DNA of 64,000 nt from an uncultured Bacilli bacterium. GTDB taxonomy: Bacteria > Bacillota_I > Bacilli_A > RF39 > UBA660. Under the pieces are notes generated by a model. That model made no database searches. It saw only the letters and a program-made list of their open reading frames with translations, and had not been told where the DNA came from. Made by a program: the position numbers and the translations under genes. The stretch spans positions 7,972 through 71,971 of the forward strand of contig CAJUTW010000001.1 of NCBI GenBank assembly GCA_910589335.1, written 5' to 3'. Positions 48,575 through 58,316 of this stretch are shown here, one piece after another. Every line of letters begins with the position of its first letter. The first letter of the stretch is position 1.

Positions 48575-50914
48575 GTGCCATATCAAAGTCGAAGACAAAC
48601 AAGAAAAAAAGAACAACCTGAAAATGGTGTTGAACCTGAGGTATTAAACACATCAGATGTTGATCCTGCATCACAAAAAAAGCAGGAGCGTCAAGAAGCG
48701 ACTAAAAATGCATTAAAAACTGGTCTTAAAGGAGCAGGAGCTTATGTAGGTGGACCTCTTGGTGCTTATGCTGCAGATAAGTTAGCAAATTCTAAGACTG
48801 GACAAAAAGCACTTAATAAAGGTGCACAGACTCTAAATAAGATACCTGGTATCGGAAGAATTACTAATCGAGTTAATAAAACTGGTGCAATTGATGCCAC
48901 TGATAAAGGAATAGATTTATTTTCTAAATTTGGTGGAAAGAATAAAATTTCTAATAAAAATGTAGAAGTAGGAGGACAAGAGAGTAGTCTTCCTTCTTCT
49001 AGTTCAACAGGTAGCGAAGATGATAGTTCTAGTAAGCAAATAGCAGGGCTTCCTACTAAGTCTAAGATGCCATCTTTTTTAGGGGATAAAGATAAAAATA
49101 AGGATAGTGAAGCAAAAGGTACTGCGAAAGTTAATATACAAATTTTTAAAACAGTAATCTTTGTTTTTGGTCCAATAATTGTAATAATTTTATTATTTTA
49201 TATGGTAATTGCAGGAGTTGCTGGTTTATTTTCTGATTATGAGGATGCTTTTGGAATTAGTCAAACAGTAGGGGAAGAAACAGGAGATGTATATTTTCAA
49301 GCATCTAGTGAAGAACAACAGAAATTTTTTGATAGAGTAAATAATGTAAAACTAGAGTATCAAGCTAATGGAAAAATTGTTGATCCATTAAAAATTGTTG
49401 CTGTTTATCATGTTTTATCACTTAATGGAGCAAATTTAAAATATGAAACTATGGATGATGCAGTTATTAGAAAGATTGCTGATGCAATGTTATTTGATGG
49501 AACTTCTTATAGTGAAGATACTTTTAAAGAAAATTTAATTGCTTATATAATTCCAGAGTATTTACCTAATACTTTAGCAGGAGAGAGAGAACAACTTGCC
49601 GATGATATTTTGGATTATGTTTCTAGATATTACAATTTAATTGGAAAAGAAGAAAATTCAAGTGTTTGTGCATCGATTGGTAGTTGTGTTTATGATATTA
49701 AAGGTTTTGCTTTATCTAATAATGGAAATGTTGCTAAGGCAATGCAAATTAAAGATTTAAAGGTGCGTCTTATGGAATGTGGTGGTGGTTATGGTAGTGG
49801 AAGCTATAATACACCAATAGATCAGGATTTAGTTAATTTTGAAGATTATGTAGCAGGAGTTGCTTATGCTGAAGTTGGTCCTGATGCTCATGTTGAAGCT
49901 TTAAAAGCTCAAATGGTTGCAGCAAGAAGTTATGCTTTAGCTCGTCCTACTGCAATGGGAAATGCTTTAGGAAAAAAATTGGAACAAGAGAATGGGGAGT
50001 GGATTTTACAGATTTCTTCTTGTGTTGCTGATCAAGTATTTTGTAATATTAATGAAGGTTGCTCTTATATGGGAGGAGGAGATGGTCAAGGGGGAGTTGT
50101 TAGAAGTGGAATAGTGCCAGGTGCTATAAGAACTAGACCACCTCTTCCAGAAGGACATCCTCTTAGAACAGTTGCTGCTGAGACTCAAGGTGAAGTTTTG
50201 GTTAATCAACAAGGTTATGTTATATCGACAGGATTTTTAGCAACGGAACAAAGAATATTTATGGCTTTGGCTAGTCAAGGTTTAAATTATAAACAAATTT
50301 TATTGCAAGTTTACAATCAAGGTAATCGTAATTATGGAGCTTTTGATATAGCAAAAGGTAGTTGTAATAACGGAAGTTCATCTAATTGTCAATCTGATAA
50401 TAATAATAATAATAATTATGCAAATTGGAAGCAATATGTAGGTCCTTGGATTAATACTCCAATAGGTACTAGTGGTAATACTATAAAAGGTATAGGATGT
50501 TTAGTTACTTCTGTTTCAATGTTAATTGCTAAAAGTGGAGTTCCTACTGTAATAAATAATTTTAATCCAGGTACTTTTGTTGAGTTTTTAAACAATAATG
50601 GTGGATTTTCTGGAGGAAACTTTAATTGGCCTGCTGCTACAGTTGCTGCTCCAACATTTAAATATCAACGCGGTATAGATGTATTAGGATGGTCTAAAAA
50701 GGATAAACTTAATAAAATAAAAGAAATTGTTAACCAACCTGGATTATATGCAGTTGCAGAAGTTAAGGGAGATACTGGTCAACATTGGGTAGCAATTGAT
50801 TCTGTTACTGGAGATACTATTAAAATGATGGATCCTGGAAGTTCTTCATCTGATATGTGGAGTGAATATAATTGGAACAATACTTCTAGAATAGTTTATT
50901 ATAAAGTTGGATAG
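48575..50914 (+). CDS. T4SS-associated multidomain cell-wall hydrolase (VirB1 functional analog): membrane anchor, SpoIID/LytB-like domain, C-terminal papain-like cysteine peptidase (C39_2/CHAP-like)
   Basis: SpoIID motif DYVAGVAYAEVGPDAHVEALKAQMVAARSYAL. Cys-His pair GIGCLVTSVSM ... GQHWVAIDS. TM at about residues 185-210. Confidence 0.65.
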   Translation: MPYQSRRQTRKKEQPENGVEPEVLNTSDVDPASQKKQERQEATKNALKTGLKGAGAYVGGPLGAYAADKLANSKTGQKALNKGAQTLNKIPGIGRITNRVNKTGAIDATDKGIDLFSKFGGKNKISNKNVEVGGQESSLPSSSSTGSEDDSSSKQIAGLPTKSKMPSFLGDKDKNKDSEAKGTAKVNIQIFKTVIFVFGPIIVIILLFYMVIAGVAGLFSDYEDAFGISQTVGEETGDVYFQASSEEQQKFFDRVNNVKLEYQANGKIVDPLKIVAVYHVLSLNGANLKYETMDDAVIRKIADAMLFDGTSYSEDTFKENLIAYIIPEYLPNTLAGEREQLADDILDYVSRYYNLIGKEENSSVCASIGSCVYDIKGFALSNNGNVAKAMQIKDLKVRLMECGGGYGSGSYNTPIDQDLVNFEDYVAGVAYAEVGPDAHVEALKAQMVAARSYALARPTAMGNALGKKLEQENGEWILQISSCVADQVFCNINEGCSYMGGGDGQGGVVRSGIVPGAIRTRPPLPEGHPLRTVAAETQGEVLVNQQGYVISTGFLATEQRIFMALASQGLNYKQILLQVYNQGNRNYGAFDIAKGSCNNGSSSNCQSDNNNNNNYANWKQYVGPWINTPIGTSGNTIKGIGCLVTSVSMLIAKSGVPTVINNFNPGTFVEFLNNNGGFSGGNFNWPAATVAAPTFKYQRGIDVLGWSKKDKLNKIKEIVNQPGLYAVAEVKGDTGQHWVAIDSVTGDTIKMMDPGSSSSDMWSEYNWNNTSRIVYYKVG

Positions 50915-50922
50915 GAGAATTT

Positions 50923-51711
50923 ATGAGAAAGACGAAAACCTATATTAAATTGTTTATTATTTTGTTAGTGTTTTTTATAGTTATGTTTTTAATTTTTGGT
51001 ATTAATAATATAAAACAAAGTAATTATCAGACAACATTATTAATAGGTAATAATACAATATGGAATTATAATAAAAATAAATGGATAAATATTTCTACTA
51101 GAGATTCCATTGAAAAGTTAAATTGGAAAGAATATAACATTTATTTGGACAATAAAGAATTTGGTAAATATTTCTTATGGCATGATGATAAATGGTATGC
51201 TTTTGATAAGAATAAGAATGCTGTAAAACTTGATGGTAATCTGTTGGCTTATAAAGCAAATTTTAAAATGAAATTTTTAGATTTTTCTAAAAAACAAATT
51301 ACAGATAGAACTTATGTAGATTATGTTTTAGAAGAGAATGATTTAAGTTTATCCAGTCAGTTTACAGCTTTTTATAAATTTGATATTGATTTTGATAATG
51401 ATAAAAATTTAGAAGAGTTCTTTATAATAAGTAATGCTTTTCCATTTGATTTTAATCCTGAAAAAATATTTTCGATAGTATTTATGGTTAAAAATAATAA
51501 GGTATATTATTTATATAATGATATTAGTAATAACAGAGAATCATTAAATGGGTGTAAACCTTATTTAAATGGTGTTCTTGATACAAATAATGATAAAACC
51601 TACGAAATAATATTAAGTTGTGCAAGATATAGTGTTTCAGAATCAATCGATATGTTATATAAATTTGATAAAGAAAAAGATGCTTTTAAAATAGTAATTT
51701 CTAATCAATAA
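50923..51711 (+). CDS. Hypothetical N-terminally anchored protein, possibly the VirB8-like scaffold by position
   Basis: Single N-terminal TM. Sits between the hydrolase and the coupling protein. Confidence 0.3.
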   Translation: MRKTKTYIKLFIILLVFFIVMFLIFGINNIKQSNYQTTLLIGNNTIWNYNKNKWINISTRDSIEKLNWKEYNIYLDNKEFGKYFLWHDDKWYAFDKNKNAVKLDGNLLAYKANFKMKFLDFSKKQITDRTYVDYVLEENDLSLSSQFTAFYKFDIDFDNDKNLEEFFIISNAFPFDFNPEKIFSIVFMVKNNKVYYLYNDISNNRESLNGCKPYLNGVLDTNNDKTYEIILSCARYSVSESIDMLYKFDKEKDAFKIVISNQ

Positions 51712-51767
51712 TTAATGACAGTTTTAAAAAGTTACGTTATAATATAGGGAGAGGAGGAAGTAGTGGT

Positions 51768-54119
51768 ATGAAATTGAAATTTAGAGCAGATCCTGAGGAT
51801 TTATTAATATTTGGAATATTTGCGATTTTCTTACTTTACGTGGTTGCTATTGGAGTTGTAAATTTACATACATTTGCGTCTGAAGGACATTTAGCAGGAC
51901 TTAATCCTTTACCTGCATTTGGACCTGATTATTTATTTTCAACAATCTTTTTATATTTATTATTTTTACTTGGAATTTTTGCTAGTGTAAGTTCTATGTT
52001 TTTTGAAAGTGAAAAAGGTTTTGGTATTACAACTGATAAAAAAGATAAAGGTTATTCAAGATGGGCAAAAGAGAAAGAAATTAAAGAAGAACTAGAAATG
52101 GTTGGAGTTAAACAAGCTGATTCTAAAGTATCAGGAGTTCCTTTAATTTTAAATGAAGAAGAGATGTGGGTTGATAATAGTGAATATCACTCTTTAGTAA
52201 TAGGAGCTACTGGTTCTGGTAAAACTCAAACAGTTATTTTGCCACTTGTTCATAGTTTAGCAAAAGCTAAAGAGTCAATGATTATTACCGATCCTAAAGG
52301 TGAAATTTATGAAAAGACTAGTAATATGCTTAGAGCTAGAGGATATCAAATTCTACTTTTAAATTTCCGTGATCCACAAAATGGTAACGCATGGAATCCT
52401 ATGACTTTGCCGTATGAAATGTATAAGGCTGGTAATCAAGATAAATCAATTGAGTTACTTGATGATTTGGCTTTAAATATTTTATATGATGCTTCTAATA
52501 AAAATGCAGATCCTTTTTGGGAGAAAACATCAGCAGATTATTTTTCAGGAGTTGCTCTTGGATTATTTGAAGATGCTAAACCAGAAGAGATAAATATTAA
52601 TAGTATTTCTTTAGCAACAACAGTTGGAGAAGAAAAATTTGGTGGATCAACATATATTAAAGAATATTTTGGAGCAAAAGATCCTAATAGTCCTGCTTCT
52701 ATTAATGCATCAAGTACAATTATGGCACCAACTGAGACTAAAGGAAGTATTTTATCTGTATTTAAGCAAAAAGTTAAGTTATTTGCATCTCGAGAGAATT
52801 TATCTGAAATGTTATCTCACAGTGATATAGATTTAGAAAGTATTGGTGAGAAACCTACAGCTGTATTTATTGTTATTCAAGATGAGAAAAAAACATATCA
52901 CTCCTTAGTAACTATCTTACTAAAACAAATTTATGAAACTTTAATTAGTGTTGCGCAAAAACACGGTGGAAAATTACCAATAAGAACTAATTTCTTGCTT
53001 GATGAGTTTGCTAATATGCCACCTCTAAAAGATGTTACAACAATGATTACTGCTGCACGTTCTAGAAAAATTAGATTTACAATGATTATTCAAAACTTTG
53101 CTCAACTTGATTCTGTATATGGTAAGGAAGATGCTGAAACTATTCGCGGTAACTGTGGTAATATTATTTATTTAATTACTACTGAGCTTAAAGCCTTAGA
53201 AGAAATATCTAAAATGTGTGGAGAGGTTAAATCTAAAAAAGATGATAAAACGGCTTCTACTCCATTAGTTACAGTATCTGATTTACAAAGAATGAAGCAG
53301 TTTGAAGTAATAATTTTACGTATGCGTAAACAGCCATTTAAAACTAAGTTTACTCCATATTTTAAACTTAATTGGGGTAAAACTTATCCTGAAGCTAGTT
53401 ATCCTTCAAGAGAGAAAGAAGTTGTTAAAACTTTTGATATTAAAGAATATGTAAAAGCGCAAAAGAAGAAAAAATTATTAGAGATGATGAATTCAGCAGA
53501 TGATAAAGATAAAGAACTTGGCAATATGCCAGGTATGCCTGGAATTCCAGGAATGCCTAACTTTCCTGGATTACCAGGAATGCCACCATTTCCTAAGACT
53601 AATCCAATGGTTGAAAAATTACCTCCTGAATTACAAGAAGCAAGAGAAAAAAGAAATATGGGTCCAAATATTCCAGATTTTTTAACTAGAAAAAATTCTG
53701 ATAATCAAGAATCTAACAATTTACCTAATATTCCAGATTTTGAAACATTTAAAAAACAAATGGAAGCTTCTGATAATACTTTTAATCCTTTTGCTCCTTC
53801 TAAAACATCAGCACCATCTTTAAATAAAAGTGATGATGATTTAGGATTTGATGTTGATGAACTTGTTAAGAAAATAGATGCAAAAATAGCAGAATTAGAA
53901 GAGGAAGAAAAAAGACAAAAAGAAGCTGAAGGAAAAGTTAATAATCAAATATCTTCAAAACCTCTTGAAGATAAGAAGTCTGATAGTATTTTATATAAAA
54001 ATGAAGATAAGAATATCAAAAATGAAGAAAATAATAAAGTTCAAACTAAACCAAGTAATTTAAGCTTAGAAGATGATAGTGATGAAGATGATTTCTTTGA
54101 TGATTTCTTTGATAGTTAG
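51768..54119 (+). CDS. virD4: VirD4/TraG-family type IV coupling protein with a Pro-rich repeat and an acidic C-terminal tail
   Basis: Two N-terminal TM helices. Walker A GATGSGKTQT, Walker B FLLDEFANM, RSRKIRFTMIIQNFAQL. Tail has GMPGIPGMPNFPGLPGMPPFP and EDDSDEDDFFDDFFDS. Confidence 0.8.
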   Translation: MKLKFRADPEDLLIFGIFAIFLLYVVAIGVVNLHTFASEGHLAGLNPLPAFGPDYLFSTIFLYLLFLLGIFASVSSMFFESEKGFGITTDKKDKGYSRWAKEKEIKEELEMVGVKQADSKVSGVPLILNEEEMWVDNSEYHSLVIGATGSGKTQTVILPLVHSLAKAKESMIITDPKGEIYEKTSNMLRARGYQILLLNFRDPQNGNAWNPMTLPYEMYKAGNQDKSIELLDDLALNILYDASNKNADPFWEKTSADYFSGVALGLFEDAKPEEININSISLATTVGEEKFGGSTYIKEYFGAKDPNSPASINASSTIMAPTETKGSILSVFKQKVKLFASRENLSEMLSHSDIDLESIGEKPTAVFIVIQDEKKTYHSLVTILLKQIYETLISVAQKHGGKLPIRTNFLLDEFANMPPLKDVTTMITAARSRKIRFTMIIQNFAQLDSVYGKEDAETIRGNCGNIIYLITTELKALEEISKMCGEVKSKKDDKTASTPLVTVSDLQRMKQFEVIILRMRKQPFKTKFTPYFKLNWGKTYPEASYPSREKEVVKTFDIKEYVKAQKKKKLLEMMNSADDKDKELGNMPGMPGIPGMPNFPGLPGMPPFPKTNPMVEKLPPELQEAREKRNMGPNIPDFLTRKNSDNQESNNLPNIPDFETFKKQMEASDNTFNPFAPSKTSAPSLNKSDDDLGFDVDELVKKIDAKIAELEEEEKRQKEAEGKVNNQISSKPLEDKKSDSILYKNEDKNIKNEENNKVQTKPSNLSLEDDSDEDDFFDDFFDS

Positions 54120-54134
54120 AAAGGATGTTAAAAT

Positions 54135-55349
54135 ATGAATTCAAATTTTAATATGGTAAAAAAACCTAAAAAAGAAGAAGTAATTGAAGAGGAAGAAGAG
54201 ACTTTATTAGAAGAAATAGAAGATAAAAATAAAGTTTTATCAGCTCGTAAGAGAATGTATAAAATGATGAAAATAATTATTTTTGGTACTATAATTTTAT
54301 TAGTAATCTTATATATTTGTTCAATGTTTATAAAAAAAGATTATTCTTATACAGAGATTGAAAAGATTGTAAAAGATGCTGCTATTTCATACTTTAAAGA
54401 TAATCCTAATAGTTTACCTACTGAAGAAGGAAATATAGTAGAAATTGATGCAAGTAATTTAGTTGTTGCTGAAAAAATGAAAGATTTAGGTGAATATACT
54501 AAAGAAGGTGTTGTTTGTTCGGCAACAGTTCAGGTTGAAAAGTCTGGTGATCAATTTTTATATACTCCATATTTAAATTGTGGAGATAAATATACTACAG
54601 AAGAGTTATATAAAAGATTAATTAAAGATGAGAACATAGTAAATTCAGGTTATGGTTTATATCAAAATAATGGAGCTTATCATTATCGTGGAGAAAAGGT
54701 AGATAATTATCTTCAATTAGATGAAACACTTTGGAGAATAGTAAAGATTACAGCTAATAATAATATTGTTTTAATAAGTAATGATGGAATTACATATGAA
54801 CAACCTTGGGATAATAGATTTAATGAAAGAAATAAATTTACATCAGGATTTAATAATTATAGTTCTAGTAGAGTAAAAGAATATTTAGATAAAGTTTATT
54901 CTAATCCTGTAAAAGAAAAAGGTGAAATTTTATTATCTGATAAAGATAAGTCTAAATTAGTTTCTTATAACTTATGTACAGGTAAGAGAGATGCTAATAG
55001 TACTGCAAAGGATAATTCTTTAGAATGTACTGAAGTATTACAAAATCAAAAATATGGTTTATTAACTTTATCAGATTATTTATATGCTAGTATTGATTCA
55101 AGTTGTCAAAATGCTGCAACTAAGACTTGTCAAAATTATAATTATTTAGTAAAAAAAGGAAAATCTTGGTGGTTACTTACTGGTGATACAATAGATGATT
55201 CTATCGTGTATGCAGTTAAAGAAAGTGGAGCTGTATCTAGACAAATGGCAAGTAATTATCATACTATAAGACCAGTAATTTATTTGAATAGTAAAGTTTT
55301 ATATAAAAGTGGAGATGGAACACTTGAAAAACCTTTTAAAATTAAATAG
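54135..55349 (+). CDS. Membrane-anchored surface protein, paralog B (homolog of ORF 30475)
   Basis: Same motif set as ORF 30475 (YF...LPTEEG, CSATV...YLNCG, LWRIV, WWLL, IRPVIYL, GDGTLEKPFKIK). Confidence 0.5.
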   Translation: MNSNFNMVKKPKKEEVIEEEEETLLEEIEDKNKVLSARKRMYKMMKIIIFGTIILLVILYICSMFIKKDYSYTEIEKIVKDAAISYFKDNPNSLPTEEGNIVEIDASNLVVAEKMKDLGEYTKEGVVCSATVQVEKSGDQFLYTPYLNCGDKYTTEELYKRLIKDENIVNSGYGLYQNNGAYHYRGEKVDNYLQLDETLWRIVKITANNNIVLISNDGITYEQPWDNRFNERNKFTSGFNNYSSSRVKEYLDKVYSNPVKEKGEILLSDKDKSKLVSYNLCTGKRDANSTAKDNSLECTEVLQNQKYGLLTLSDYLYASIDSSCQNAATKTCQNYNYLVKKGKSWWLLTGDTIDDSIVYAVKESGAVSRQMASNYHTIRPVIYLNSKVLYKSGDGTLEKPFKIK

Positions 55350-55405
55350 GAGTCTGTTATATAATAGATTCTTTTTTTTGCATTTATTATAATGGAGGTG
55401 AGTAT

Positions 55406-55687
55406 ATGAATATTGATATTAATAGTATTCTTAAAATGAATTCTTCAAATATAATAGATATTAGAGATAGAAATAGTTATGTAATGGGACATATTCCACA
55501 AGCTATAAATATTGAAGAGTATGATTTATTATTTAATACAAATAAATACTTAAATAAAAATTCTATTTATTATATATATTGTGATTTAGGAAATAGAAGT
55601 GGTCAATTAGCAATGAAACTTAGAAAAGATGGTTATAATGTTATCAATATAGAAGGTGGTTATCATAATTACTTGTTAAGAAAATAG
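55406..55687 (+). CDS. Rhodanese-domain protein
   Basis: Active-site loop YIYCDLGNRSG. Confidence 0.65.
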   Translation: MNIDINSILKMNSSNIIDIRDRNSYVMGHIPQAINIEEYDLLFNTNKYLNKNSIYYIYCDLGNRSGQLAMKLRKDGYNVINIEGGYHNYLLRK

Positions 55688-55721
55688 ATTTATAATATAA
55701 TAGTTATGAAGGTGATAATAA

Positions 55722-56300
55722 TTGGAAATAATTAATTATATTATTGATTATAGTACTAAATTTATAGCTACTGGTGGAATACCTTTTGGATTTTTGTTAG
55801 TTTTTATAGAATGTTTTATTCCAGCATTACCATTAAGTATTTTTGTTGCTTTAAATGTTAATGCATTTGGAGTGTTTATTGGAACTCTAATTTCATGGAT
55901 TGCTACTTGTTTAGGAAGTTTCTTATGTTATTTATTATTTTCTTTTTTAGAAGAGAAATTTATTAGTAAATGGTTTAATAATAAAACTAAAAAACTTATT
56001 ACAAAAGGAACATTAAAATTTAAAACAATTGGTTTTTCTGAATTAGTATTAATAATAACATTACCTTTTACTCCATCTTTTTTAGTTAATATTTTATCAG
56101 GGATAGCTGGAGTATCAAAAGAAAAATTTATTTCAGCTTTATTAATAGGTAAAGTATTTACAATAATTTTTTGGGGGTATATTGGAAAAAGTTTTATTGA
56201 AAGTATTACAGATATAAGTTCTATTTTTTATATAATTATAGCTTTAATAATTTCATATATTTTATCTAAAATTGTTAGTCGAAAAATGAATATTGAATAA
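55722..56300 (+). CDS. DedA/TVP38-family membrane protein
   Basis: Polytopic membrane protein with a DedA-like pattern. TTG start. Confidence 0.5.
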   Translation: MEIINYIIDYSTKFIATGGIPFGFLLVFIECFIPALPLSIFVALNVNAFGVFIGTLISWIATCLGSFLCYLLFSFLEEKFISKWFNNKTKKLITKGTLKFKTIGFSELVLIITLPFTPSFLVNILSGIAGVSKEKFISALLIGKVFTIIFWGYIGKSFIESITDISSIFYIIIALIISYILSKIVSRKMNIE

Positions 56301-56315
56301 AAAGGAGAAAATTAT

Positions 56316-57383
56316 ATGGATTATGTTATTATTTTATTGCTTATTGTTTTAATTATTTTAGTAGTTATTTCATTATTTAAAAATATAAATGAATCAAATA
56401 TTACAGAAAGACTTGGTAAGCTTGAACTAGAAGTTATGCGTGAGATTGGAAACTTTAAATCTGATTTAAGTAGAAATATGAATGAAGATTTTTCTAAATT
56501 TAATGAAAGTGTTGAAAAGAGACTTCTTATGATTAATGAGAAAGTTAATGAAAGACTTGATCAAAATTTTGAAAAAACTAATAAAACTTTTATGAATGTT
56601 ATAGAAAGACTTTCAAAAATTGATGAGGCACAGAAAAAGATTGAAACTTTGTCAGGAGATATTGTTAGTTTACAAAGTATTTTAACAGATAAGAAGACAA
56701 GAGGAATATTTGGAGAAGTTAATTTAAAACATATTTTAACAAGTGTTTTTGGTGAAAAGAATGATAAAATCTATAAAATTCAATATACTTTATCTACTGG
56801 TGTAATTGCAGATAGTGTTTTATTTGCTCCTGAACCATTAGGAACTATTTGTATTGATTCAAAATTTCCACTTGAAAATTATCAATTAATGGTTGATAGA
56901 AAATTGTCAGAAGAAACGCGAAAAAGTTATTTAAAAAATTTTAGAATTGATATGAAAAAACATATTGATGCTATTAGTAATAAATATATAATTCCGGGAG
57001 AAACTACAGATCAAGCTATATTATTTTTACCTGCAGAAGCTATTTTTGCTGAACTTAATGCTTATCACTCTGATATTATAAATTATGCTTATAAAAAAAG
57101 AGTATGGATTACTAGTCCAACCACGCTTATATCTACTTTAACAGTAATTGAGATGATTATAAAAAATTTAGAAAGAGATAAATATAGTTCAATTATACAT
57201 GAAGAGCTAAACAAACTAGGTCTTGAATTTGCAAGATATAAAGAACGTTGGGATAAATTAGCAAGAAGTATTCAAACAGTTAATAAAGATGTTGAAAATG
57301 TATCTATAACTGCAGATAAGATTTCTAAGAAATTTCAAACTATTAATAAAGTTGAACTTATAGAAAATGATGAAAGAACTTAA
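56316..57383 (+). CDS. rmuC: DNA recombination protein RmuC
   Basis: N-terminal TM, long coiled coil, C-terminal RmuC nuclease-like region. Confidence 0.65.
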   Translation: MDYVIILLLIVLIILVVISLFKNINESNITERLGKLELEVMREIGNFKSDLSRNMNEDFSKFNESVEKRLLMINEKVNERLDQNFEKTNKTFMNVIERLSKIDEAQKKIETLSGDIVSLQSILTDKKTRGIFGEVNLKHILTSVFGEKNDKIYKIQYTLSTGVIADSVLFAPEPLGTICIDSKFPLENYQLMVDRKLSEETRKSYLKNFRIDMKKHIDAISNKYIIPGETTDQAILFLPAEAIFAELNAYHSDIINYAYKKRVWITSPTTLISTLTVIEMIIKNLERDKYSSIIHEELNKLGLEFARYKERWDKLARSIQTVNKDVENVSITADKISKKFQTINKVELIENDERT

Positions 57384-57400
57384 TATAGTTCTTTTTTTTA
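57374..57400 (+). terminator. Rho-independent terminator
   Basis: AGAACT-TAATAT-AGTTCT hairpin followed by T8. Confidence 0.5.
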
Positions 57401-57422
57401 ATAATTTAGAATAAAATATTTT

Positions 57423-57629
57423 ATGATTACTAGAATAATACTTTTTTTAGTCAGTTTTTGTATGATGGTTTTTGGGCTTTCTTTTATATTAATATACATA
57501 AATCTATTTACTTTTGGATATAATATTTATGAATATTTAGAATATATTTTTAAAAGAATAGAGTGTTTATGTTTTTTTTGTGGTTTTCTTTTAATGTTAT
57601 TTTTACTTAAGAAAAGGAGAAAAAAATGA
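57423..57629 (+). CDS. Small hypothetical membrane protein
   Basis: 68 aa with two TM helices. Confidence 0.35.
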   Translation: MITRIILFLVSFCMMVFGLSFILIYINLFTFGYNIYEYLEYIFKRIECLCFFCGFLLMLFLLKKRRKK

Positions 57630-58252
57630 ATTATATATATGATTTAGTACTTAATTTTAGTGAAAATGAAAGAATTTTAGAATTTTATGAATGGATGAAG
57701 GAAGATGTTTTATCAACAATAGCAAAAATACCAATTATTAGAATTAATAGATTTCAAATGAATGATATTTTGAATAATAAAATTAGTGTTACTAAAACAT
57801 TCTTAAAAAAATATGAAAATAAAACTTTATTAGATGATGGGAGTTTATTAAAATATTCTTTTTTAGTTACTGATTTAAGTAAAGTTATAGCTTTAGAATT
57901 TAGTAGTAATGGAGAAGTTATAAGACGTAGCAGTTTATTACTTGATGAAGAAGAAGCAGTTATAGAAGAAAGTTTAGATTATCAGGAAGAAGAATTAAAT
58001 TATAAAATAATAAGAAATTATTTAAAGTTTGATTTTTTAACAAGAGATGAAAGAAAAATCAGAAGTAGCTTAATTAATGAACTAAATTATTTATATAAAA
58101 ATAAAAAGTATGATGAGATAAATTATCTTTATGAAGAATTATATAATGAAAAAATTAATATTCATGATAAATATAAATTTTTAATAGATGATATTAGTAA
58201 TAATTATTCATCAAAATATAATAAAATTTATGATATTATTAAAATGACTTAA
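57626..58252 (+). CDS. Hypothetical protein
   Basis: ORF with an ATGA overlap to the upstream gene. Confidence 0.4.
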   Translation: MNYIYDLVLNFSENERILEFYEWMKEDVLSTIAKIPIIRINRFQMNDILNNKISVTKTFLKKYENKTLLDDGSLLKYSFLVTDLSKVIALEFSSNGEVIRRSSLLLDEEEAVIEESLDYQEEELNYKIIRNYLKFDFLTRDERKIRSSLINELNYLYKNKKYDEINYLYEELYNEKINIHDKYKFLIDDISNNYSSKYNKIYDIIKMT

Positions 58253-58316
58253 ATTAAGTCTTTTTAATTTAGTATAAAATACTTATTTTTGTTTAAAATA
58301 ATTTTAGGTGATAAAT

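Noticed and set aside
50395-50412. (AAT)6 trinucleotide repeat inside the hydrolase gene
   Set aside because: It is in-frame and encodes an Asn run. It is a trinucleotide repeat, so it cannot frameshift, and it fits the Asn-rich low complexity of this proteome.
27937-55349. LPXTG/NPQTN sorting signals, integrase, relaxase, plasmid partition or toxin-antitoxin genes
   Set aside because: I looked for them in every translated ORF of the cluster and its flanks and found none. The absence is recorded as part of the findings rather than as features.
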